In this document: positions 57,131 to 64,000 of the stretch, piece after piece
Position numbering within the stretch: the stretch's first letter is position 1
How the letters are laid out: each line of letters begins with the position of its first letter
IMG/VR virus record: IMGVR_UViG_3300026274_000001
DNA: 64,000 nt
Origin: a virus
Strand: one strand, 5' to 3'
The notes under the pieces: model-generated
Seen by the model: only the letters and a program-made list of their open reading frames with translations
Told to the model about the DNA's origin: nothing
Databases searched by the model: none
Made by a program: the position numbers and the translations under genes

Positions 57131-57370
57131 ATGTCAAGTAAGTTCTATTTTGAACTAGAACACCAAGATTCTGGTTACCACGTAGTTACCGAAGTAAAAG
57201 ATTGGATACTCGAACAGGTATGGGCTAAGTGGTATAGATGCGAACATCAATACAAATGCTATGATGGTTATTTGAGTTATTGGCAAAGCGTCGTATTATA
57301 CGATGTAACACTGGCCGTACATTTCAAATTGCGGTGGTCTGATAGCATAATTAAAGAATTTCATTCTTGA
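57131..57370 (+). CDS. FKLxW-family small protein (array C)
   Basis: DWI...TLAVHFKLRW. Confidence 0.75.
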   Translation: MSSKFYFELEHQDSGYHVVTEVKDWILEQVWAKWYRCEHQYKCYDGYLSYWQSVVLYDVTLAVHFKLRWSDSIIKEFHS

Positions 57371-57471
57371 GTAGCATTGATTCAAGAAATATCGAACATA
57401 CGAGTCAACACATAGATTTTTGGTTGACATCGTTTACAATACAAAATCACTAACACATAGGAATACACAAA

Positions 57472-57990
57472 ATGGATCGCACACAACCAGTTCGTTTCTT
57501 CAAGGGTCTCGAAATTGAAGCAACGAATCATTTTTTACAACCAACAATGATTGCACCTGGTCAATACGACTATGATGAATGCAAGCAAATGACACTTGAT
57601 CATAAGTGTACCCACATCCTCATCGGTTTTATGTACGACCCTGCTGGCAATCCACTCGATATGGATATTCCACGCGCATTCGAAACTGCAAACAAGCTTA
57701 TGGCTGACGGTATCCGCGTTACACTGGAAATCCGCCCAGACCAACTGACTGACGAATTTGTGGCTGCTTGCCCAGATCCAGAAGGTGCATTTGGTAAGCT
57801 GTTCGTTATCCTTATTGGTACGCGCTTTCCAAACATGCCAAAGATTGGACCATACACAACACTGAAGCTCCACAGCGATTTCGACAACACAGAAAACGGT
57901 GGCGTTTGGTGTGTTAAGGCTGAAGAATTCAAGAAGGCTGGAATTTTTACTCCCTGGATTGCCTATCAAGAAGATATTCACCTAAAGTGA
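57472..57990 (+). CDS. conserved phage hypothetical protein
   Basis: FFKGLEIE...DF-x-x-x-x-NGGVWC...FTPW-x-x-Y-x-x-D. Confidence 0.75.
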   Translation: MDRTQPVRFFKGLEIEATNHFLQPTMIAPGQYDYDECKQMTLDHKCTHILIGFMYDPAGNPLDMDIPRAFETANKLMADGIRVTLEIRPDQLTDEFVAACPDPEGAFGKLFVILIGTRFPNMPKIGPYTTLKLHSDFDNTENGGVWCVKAEEFKKAGIFTPWIAYQEDIHLK

Positions 57991-58005
57991 AATTGACGAT
58001 ATAAT

Positions 58006-58031
58006 AAAGGGGAGCAATTGCTCCCCTTTTT
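58006..58031. terminator. bidirectional intrinsic terminator
   Basis: AAAGGGGAGCAATTGCTCCCCTTTTT. Confidence 0.85.
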
Positions 58032-58315
58032 CATTTAAAAACAAACTTGATCATGCTGCACGATCCATCTTCATTGTTCAATTCATACTGATCAACAAAG
58101 CCCATAGCCTTCCAGAACAAAGTTGATTCTTGGCTCTTAGACCACAGCTCAACTCTTGTCACTGTATCAGGAAGCGATCCTTCCCATTCACGGTATTTTG
58201 CACTTCCGCGTCCTTTACGACGTTCTCCATGCACAACCAAGCGCAGTACTTTTGCGACATTGCCTTCGATTACAAAGGAGAACTCAATGCCGTCATCAGG
58301 AATAGGGGGAGTAAT
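58031..58315 (-). CDS. GNAT-like acetyltransferase, start uncertain
   Basis: RRKGRGS motif A and FWKAMGF; frame open upstream to an ATT 9 nt after AAGGAG. Confidence 0.55.
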   Translation of the reverse strand: MTPPIPDDGIEFSFVIEGNVAKVLRLVVHGERRKGRGSAKYREWEGSLPDTVTRVELWSKSQESTLFWKAMGFVDQYELNNEDGSCSMIKFVFK

Positions 58316-58344
58316 GAAGTCGTTCTCCTTGAATCAGTGATGCG

Positions 58345-58611
58345 TTAAGATTGATATTCTTTCGCTTTGCGACGAACAATTCCAGCCACCAGGTAATCGT
58401 CATCTTTCATATCATCAGGAATATCGATTACCAAATCGTACTCTTCGGTGTCATGGGGAATGCTCGTCCAGAATCCTAGCCAATCTTCAATTTCTCCGTC
58501 TTCTTCCTTTGTTAGTGACCCGGCACCATATCCGTCAGAGATTGATCGTGCACAGTCAATGATAGCATCATGCATCGATGCACCTTCACTCAACGTAATT
58601 GCAATTTTCAT
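58345..58611 (-). CDS. hypothetical acidic protein
   Basis: ATG just after upstream stop. Confidence 0.65.
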   Translation of the reverse strand: MKIAITLSEGASMHDAIIDCARSISDGYGAGSLTKEEDGEIEDWLGFWTSIPHDTEEYDLVIDIPDDMKDDDYLVAGIVRRKAKEYQS

Positions 58612-58612
58612 T

Positions 58613-58867
58613 TTATTGATTGTGGGTGAGAACGATGAAGTCCGTGTAATCACCTGCATCGTACAGATCGTAATAGATGCAATGCGTGTGAATCTTTTCG
58701 GAAGTGATTTCGATGTTTTCCAGTGTAGCATCGGGCCACTTAATCTTTGCTAGAATCAACAACTCAGCAAGTGAATGACCATTACTTGAGTGAAGGTACA
58801 TGACTGTTTCGGTATCATCAGGTGAGAAGTCGGTGATCTCAGTACCGGGTCGTTTCTTGTAGCCCAT
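58613..58867 (-). CDS. conserved phage hypothetical protein
   Basis: AGGAG RBS; PDD...KW...E-x-IHT-x-CIYYDLYD. Confidence 0.75.
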   Translation of the reverse strand: MGYKKRPGTEITDFSPDDTETVMYLHSSNGHSLAELLILAKIKWPDATLENIEITSEKIHTHCIYYDLYDAGDYTDFIVLTHNQ

Positions 58868-58986
58868 GATGTTCTCCTGTTATTTGATGTATGTAGTATG
58901 TGTTCATTTGACTGTGAGGTCAAGTGTTGATGAATATATCAAACAAGTATATCATATGGCTACTGGTAAATTCAAACGGGGAAATA

Positions 58987-59739
58987 ATGGAAGACTTTGT
59001 TTCGATGCACAAGGATAATAAGACCTATGGTCTTGACGGTATGGCATTCCAGGCGATGGATAGATTGCTTGATGAAGCGGTAAAAGCCCCTACCCCTCAG
59101 GAAGGTCGAGATGTTCTTAAGTATATAGAAGACTGGAAAGTCCTAGATGCATTTACGGACAAGTATGGTACGCGAGAACGTATGCAAGCTGCCTTGGATG
59201 ATTATCATATCTACTTGACCCCTGAAACGACCGATCAAATTGAGCGTTTGCAATTCCTCTGCGCGCACTATGGATTGACTGTTGAAGAAACGAAAGGCAA
59301 CAGAAAAAAACGCGATCTGGTGACTTGCGGTTACGACGATGTACCGTACAGCCTAGCTCTTTGGGATGGCCATGGTGGTATCAATCCTAGTAAGATTCGC
59401 CATAGCGTTCTACATTATCATCTCATGATCGAAAGACACCATACGCAAATCAAAGGCGTCTATGAGCACCTTGTGAAGAACCACGGCGACACCGTGGGTG
59501 ATGTTTGGGTGATGTGCGGGGGTGGTGGTCAAATGCAAGCATTCTTTGGTAACCATACGGGGTACTTGGGTATCTTGTACTTGACCTTGGAAAATATGAA
59601 AGATCAAAAACGACTAACCGAAAACGGTTACTTGGCCGCTTGTGGCAACAAGCGCTTTACTCTGGTGGCAAATTGGGAAAAGAACAACCCGCTATTTGCT
59701 AACATGAAAGTAAAAGGTGTTAAGTTTCAAAAGAGCTGA
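58987..59739 (+). CDS. hypothetical protein
   Basis: GGGGA RBS before ATG 58987. Confidence 0.7.
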   Translation: MEDFVSMHKDNKTYGLDGMAFQAMDRLLDEAVKAPTPQEGRDVLKYIEDWKVLDAFTDKYGTRERMQAALDDYHIYLTPETTDQIERLQFLCAHYGLTVEETKGNRKKRDLVTCGYDDVPYSLALWDGHGGINPSKIRHSVLHYHLMIERHHTQIKGVYEHLVKNHGDTVGDVWVMCGGGGQMQAFFGNHTGYLGILYLTLENMKDQKRLTENGYLAACGNKRFTLVANWEKNNPLFANMKVKGVKFQKS

Positions 59740-59754
59740 TACCTTATATTGAAT

Positions 59755-59782
59755 AAAAAGGGGAGCAGTTGCTCCCCTTTTT
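59755..59782. terminator. bidirectional intrinsic terminator
   Basis: AAAAAGGGGAGCAGTTGCTCCCCTTTTT. Confidence 0.85.
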
Positions 59783-60444
59783 CATTTTGCTTTGGCTTGG
59801 AAGTAGATCCAATTCTTTTCACCAGTAGACCATTCAAACTTTACACCAGGATATTGCTTGGAATAGTCATTAACTATACTCTGCAATTTGGCGCCGGACT
59901 CATCCGACAGTTCTTCCCAGTCATAGTCCTCATAAGCTTCATCTGAAGGATCAGCATCGGCTGGAAGTTGCCATTTACCCCAGTTACGAATTTCAGCAGT
60001 CCATTCATTATTGCCTTGTTCTGGTCCACGGGCATCGTAACTTCCCCACATGTCCCGTGGTTTGATTGATGCCACATATCTAAGCAAATCACGCAATGCT
60101 TCTTGAACGTCAACTGCTCGAGGTGCTGGCTTAGGTGCGGCCTTTGGCAACACTACCGTTTTAGTGGACTTTTTCTTGAGACTCTTGATCATTTGATCAT
60201 TTGTCATGACTCTAGAAAGCAGGAAGCTAGTCACATAATTGGAAGCAGTGTTCACTTCAGCATTGAGATCAAAACCAGGTTTGGTCGCTAGAAATGCCTT
60301 GATTGCCTGGTAATTGGCAACTCCACCCAATAGTGCAAGGGGTACTTCAAGTACCCCTGTGTAGCCCTGACCACGAAGGCGATCATTCAACCCGTTCTGG
60401 TAACTAGAATCACTTGCTTCGGTGACAAGTTCGTTGTATCTCAT
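59782..60444 (-). CDS. hypothetical protein, possibly late/head-associated
   Basis: GAGG RBS, TAAATA upstream, MRYNELVTEA N-terminus. Confidence 0.7.
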   Translation of the reverse strand: MRYNELVTEASDSSYQNGLNDRLRGQGYTGVLEVPLALLGGVANYQAIKAFLATKPGFDLNAEVNTASNYVTSFLLSRVMTNDQMIKSLKKKSTKTVVLPKAAPKPAPRAVDVQEALRDLLRYVASIKPRDMWGSYDARGPEQGNNEWTAEIRNWGKWQLPADADPSDEAYEDYDWEELSDESGAKLQSIVNDYSKQYPGVKFEWSTGEKNWIYFQAKAK

Positions 60445-60553
60445 TTGGAAACCTCAAATAGTATATGTTTATTTAACAAATAAGAAGTGGCTTTTTATTT
60501 GGCTATAAGATTGCCAGTTGTGTTAGACTTAGTTTTTAATTGGAAACATTGGC

Positions 60554-60781
60554 ATGATTCATATCCGTTTTAATCAGATCAATTCACTTAGCAACAAAGA
60601 TGAGGATACATTCATTATGCGTGGCAAGTGTGAATATGTACCTTCTATTGGTGAAGTTGTTAGTTTGAAAGGTGAGCCATATATCGTTCATGAGCGTTCA
60701 TGGGCATTTGGTGATGAAGCAGAAGTTTTGAACCAGCACTGTTACATCAGAGTGCTACCGCGCCCCAGTACCCAACGATAG
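60554..60781 (+). CDS. hypothetical protein
   Basis: VPSIGEVV motif; follows a TTGCCA-TAGACT promoter. Confidence 0.65.
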   Translation: MIHIRFNQINSLSNKDEDTFIMRGKCEYVPSIGEVVSLKGEPYIVHERSWAFGDEAEVLNQHCYIRVLPRPSTQR

Positions 60782-60799
60782 TATAACCAGAGCATAATA

Positions 60800-61105
60800 A
60801 TGGCACGAGTAAAAGCAGGTGACTTGGCATATTTGGTCCGAGCAACCAACCCAGCAAATATCGGTAGAGTAGTTGAAGTACTATATCAAATTGATTTCAT
60901 CTTGAGTGATGTGCCCGGTACTCATTGGAAAATTCGTTCAGCAGCACCAATGATGGGAACCCGTTCCTTTACTGGTTCTACAGTATATGCAATGGAATTT
61001 GATTGTCCTGAAAGCTGGTTAGTTCCAATCGCTGGTCCATCAATTGCTGAAATGATTGATGACGAAATTGATATCACGGATGTTCTACCCGCCGAAGTAG
61101 AGTAA
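60800..61105 (+). CDS. hypothetical protein
   Basis: GDLAYLV...NIGRVVEV...L-x-PI motif. Confidence 0.7.
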   Translation: MARVKAGDLAYLVRATNPANIGRVVEVLYQIDFILSDVPGTHWKIRSAAPMMGTRSFTGSTVYAMEFDCPESWLVPIAGPSIAEMIDDEIDITDVLPAEVE

Positions 61106-61172
61106 GCCATTTGTTGATTGTGTTCATTATGAAAGCTATACTGAGTACCTCAATTATCAACAAGGATTAATT

Positions 61173-61565
61173 ATGATGAATATTCGTCAACGTTCAGTTA
61201 ACGTAAAGCGTAGTGAATTGCTTACCGCATTGCGAGCAAATCTGGAGACACACAAGGAAGAATATAAGCAAGCGCTGATTGACTTCAAGCTGCGTCTGTT
61301 GGAAGACCTTCAAGCTGGTGTTGAAAAGGTGAATGCTTCTGAACCCAAGGATCTTGCAAAGTTCAATGTGCAAGTCATGTTCCCGCAGAACCATGAAAAG
61401 GACTTCATGGAAGTTATCGAGATGCTTGATATGTCCGTTGATGACAACATCAATCTTGATGCGGAATCGTTCCGTGCGTACTTCAAGAATGAATGGTCAT
61501 GGACCGTTGGCTTCCGGTCACTCACTGAAAGCTACAAGGCAGCTGGTTCATTCCTAAGTAACTAA
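61173..61565 (+). CDS. conserved phage hypothetical protein
   Basis: AAGGA RBS; LL-x-x-L-x-x-N...H...Y...MS-x-D...F...W. Confidence 0.75.
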   Translation: MMNIRQRSVNVKRSELLTALRANLETHKEEYKQALIDFKLRLLEDLQAGVEKVNASEPKDLAKFNVQVMFPQNHEKDFMEVIEMLDMSVDDNINLDAESFRAYFKNEWSWTVGFRSLTESYKAAGSFLSN

Positions 61566-61730
61566 CCAATATGGCTACATTTTTAAATTGGTGGTTGGTT
61601 CCTTTCCACTGTGCATGTGTAGCCTTTGGCTTGATGATAGTATGTGGAATTGGTGCTATTATTCAAATGAATAAGATGGAAAAGAACTCCAAAGTGTTGC
61701 ATAAGCTGCTCACTGAATCTAAGTAATTGA

Positions 61731-61752
61731 AAAAGCCACTTAGTGGCTTTTT
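61731..61752 (+). terminator. intrinsic terminator
   Basis: AAAAGCCACTTAGTGGCTTTTT. Confidence 0.8.
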
Positions 61753-61825
61753 CTACGTGTCACACAAACTGGCAATCTTCTGTTATACTGTGGATAGTAG
61801 CTAACTACCATAAAAAACTAACCAC

Positions 61826-62068
61826 ATGTCAGACGACTATCTAAAAGCCCAACGCGAAAAGAGTCTTGCCGATTCTTCCAAAATTTCCGAAGCAGAACTG
61901 CATACCGATAATGATGGCATCAAGGATGGCTGGCAAGCTATTCAAGATATCCGTCGCAAGATTGCAACCGCAAAACAAGAAGCGATCAAGAAGGTCGATG
62001 CTGAATTCAAGGATGAATTGAAAGATGCTGAAGACAATTATGCTCTTCTTATAACGCTCACGAGATAA
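61826..62068 (+). CDS. hypothetical protein
   Basis: Helical 80-aa ORF. Confidence 0.65.
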   Translation: MSDDYLKAQREKSLADSSKISEAELHTDNDGIKDGWQAIQDIRRKIATAKQEAIKKVDAEFKDELKDAEDNYALLITLTR

Positions 62069-62070
62069 TT

Positions 62071-63312
62071 ATGCTTTCAACAATTAAAATTCCAGAGAAG
62101 GTTTACGTTGGCTTCCAAGGTCGTCGTAGTGAAGATGAAGTACCGCTTGGCTTTATGACGCCATACACAACGGATCAGGCCGGAATCAAACGCCGGGCAT
62201 CTGTTGATAAGTGGGCTAAGGGTTATTACAGTAACACTGAGAAGACGTTTAACAGCGTCATACTTGATAACAAGCCCATGATTGGCTTCAAGATTGGTCG
62301 TGACATCCGTCGCAGTGGTGGTTGGAATGGTAGCGGCGCCAGTTATGTTCGAGTAGCGGATCCGCGTGGATTTGAACTTGAGATCACGATCGAAAACCTA
62401 GTGATGTGTATGAGTGCGAATCTAGTCGATAATGGTGAAATCATTCAAGAATGTGTATGGGGTCGTGATGGCAATCGTAATATCCTGTTGCCAACCAATA
62501 GCGAACCATTCAAGGACTCTATTCAGACTAAGGCCAAGCTTGATACCGTTATTTCATTGCGTCAAGTTAAGCCTGGTGATGAAATTGCATTGATTACTGG
62601 TGAGACTGGTATCTATTTTGGATCGATGTTCTCGATCAACATTGATCGGTGGCGCCGTCCTAGAAAGTTTGCAGTTGGTGAAGACAAACGTTATGTGATC
62701 AAAATCACAGATCGAAATGGTATCAGGTTTGAAGGCCTGCGAACCATGAAGGTCACCGAGATCATCAAGGCAGCAGAAAAGAAGATGACTCCCAATGAGA
62801 TCGAACAAGAAATCATTGCTGGACTTGCTATCAATCCAAATTGCTGTAACGATACCAAGGGTAGTTATTCGTTACGCACTTGCGCTTGGTTAACTGGTAA
62901 TAGCTACACGGTCGTCAGCAAGGCTGAAAACAATCATACTGACTCGGAAATCAAGAGCAATCCTGATTACTTTGAGAACGTTGGTATATATGCAGAAGAC
63001 GATAAGAACCAATTCTTGGAATTGTCATATAACTTCCGTGAAAACTTTGTGTCTGATCGATATAGAACAGATCGGTATTATGATGATGGTTCGCAATCAC
63101 GGTACCATTCAGGTTATAACTACAATCAAAACTACAAGAACGCCTACGTGTATACGAGTGGTCTGATTGGTCAATCAGTAAGTATTGGTGATTATGTTAC
63201 TAGCAATAGTGATAAAACCACGCACTTTGAAGAAGCCAATGTGAAGCGGTACTTCTCAATGGTGTTTGAATTGAAGACAAAGGCTGGTGAAATCATGAAG
63301 TGTGCTCTGTGA
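62071..63312 (+). CDS. conserved phage hypothetical protein
   Basis: IP-x-x-x-YVGFQ, LGFMTPY, DPRGFELEIT-x-x-NL, CVW. Confidence 0.8.
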   Translation: MLSTIKIPEKVYVGFQGRRSEDEVPLGFMTPYTTDQAGIKRRASVDKWAKGYYSNTEKTFNSVILDNKPMIGFKIGRDIRRSGGWNGSGASYVRVADPRGFELEITIENLVMCMSANLVDNGEIIQECVWGRDGNRNILLPTNSEPFKDSIQTKAKLDTVISLRQVKPGDEIALITGETGIYFGSMFSINIDRWRRPRKFAVGEDKRYVIKITDRNGIRFEGLRTMKVTEIIKAAEKKMTPNEIEQEIIAGLAINPNCCNDTKGSYSLRTCAWLTGNSYTVVSKAENNHTDSEIKSNPDYFENVGIYAEDDKNQFLELSYNFRENFVSDRYRTDRYYDDGSQSRYHSGYNYNQNYKNAYVYTSGLIGQSVSIGDYVTSNSDKTTHFEEANVKRYFSMVFELKTKAGEIMKCAL

Positions 63313-63330
63313 TCACAGAAGCATCGTAAT

Positions 63331-63356
63331 AAAAAAGCCATCGAAAGGTGGCTTTT
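63331..63356 (+). terminator. intrinsic terminator
   Basis: AAAAGCCATC-GAAA-GGTGGCTTTT. Confidence 0.8.
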
Positions 63357-63435
63357 CGTTGACTAGCATATTGCCATATGTGTTAAACTGCGGTTCTGCA
63401 ATATTCCTTCAACATTCATTCTAGTAGAGATCAAA

Positions 63436-63666
63436 ATGAGCAAGACACTTGTGTATTACTTCATTGAAGATGGTCAAGACGGTTCCGCCTCCCTCGAACT
63501 GTTTGCTTCCAAGGAAGCACGTGATATGGCAATGGAGCTGTCGATGGACAAGTATGGAATTAGCGAACTTGCTTCTGGTCTTATTGATCAAGATGACCTT
63601 GACAACGCCACAACACTTGACGAAGTTCAAGCTGAACGTACTGCTTATGATGAAGAAAACGCTTAG
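63436..63666 (+). CDS. hypothetical acidic protein
   Basis: D-G-x-DGSAS motif. Confidence 0.65.
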   Translation: MSKTLVYYFIEDGQDGSASLELFASKEARDMAMELSMDKYGISELASGLIDQDDLDNATTLDEVQAERTAYDEENA

Positions 63667-63674
63667 GACGAATA

Positions 63675-63929
63675 ATGAAAAGAACAACGGTTGTTTCTCC
63701 GCACGAGCTTTGTGAATTTGCTGAAGAACACTATGGTATCAGCAATATGAAAGCAGATCGTTTGGTTAGTTGGGTCCGCCCGGAATGCGAAGTCAAGACC
63801 TACGATTATGAATTGGTATATTTGGAAGATCCTGAGGACGATTCATACACCGATCACGTGGAAGCTCGGCAACTGCTTATCGACTTCATGAAGCATAACA
63901 AGTTGAAAAAATTTACGCTCACACAATGA
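63675..63929 (+). CDS. hypothetical protein
   Basis: AGGA RBS. Confidence 0.65.
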   Translation: MKRTTVVSPHELCEFAEEHYGISNMKADRLVSWVRPECEVKTYDYELVYLEDPEDDSYTDHVEARQLLIDFMKHNKLKKFTLTQ

Positions 63930-64000
63930 CTGTGATAGCCTAACGGAGAAATAATTATGAGACGTTCTGTAGTTTTGGTAGAATTTTCAGACCTTCTTGG

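Noticed and set aside
1..64000. tRNA genes or stop-codon reassignment
   Set aside because: No cloverleaf with a T-loop consensus was noticed by eye, and conserved genes are full-length in the standard code with TAA, TAG and TGA all used as stops.

Overview
This window looks like a 64-kb piece of a large (jumbo-type), T4-related tailed phage genome in the standard genetic code. Recognisable genes: two-subunit type IIA topoisomerase, DRB0094-family RNA ligase with a Pol-beta (RlaP-like) nucleotidyltransferase, GMP reductase, HAD nucleotidase, QueD and a TGT/DpdA-like transglycosylase, ClpX, ClpS, IF3, Hsp20, YccA/BI-1, SPFH lipoprotein, chagasin-like protease inhibitor, Smr protein, GIY-YIG homing endonuclease and fibre-like virion proteins. 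The dominant unexplained structure is an expansion of about 68-70 small (mostly 75-140 aa) divergent paralogues, provisionally called the FKLxW family. They share an internal W(L/C) helix and a C-terminal (F/I)-D-D-x-x-A-x-x-F-K-L-x-W motif. They sit in a 48-gene tandem array (12.6-26.7 kb), two smaller arrays (35.1-40.7 kb minus strand; 54.4-57.4 kb) and one singleton. In many junctions the conserved Trp codon supplies the start codon of the next gene. Short segments resembling major capsid, portal and P-loop ATPase are fused to two family members and to QueD, suggesting a decoy/anti-defence repertoire (inference). Regulatory signals include a TGGCAA/TTGCCA box at many promoters, TAAATA late-type promoters, a ROSE-like thermometer before hsp20 and a repeated structured 24-mer. 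All family assignments come from motif recognition by eye, not database searches.
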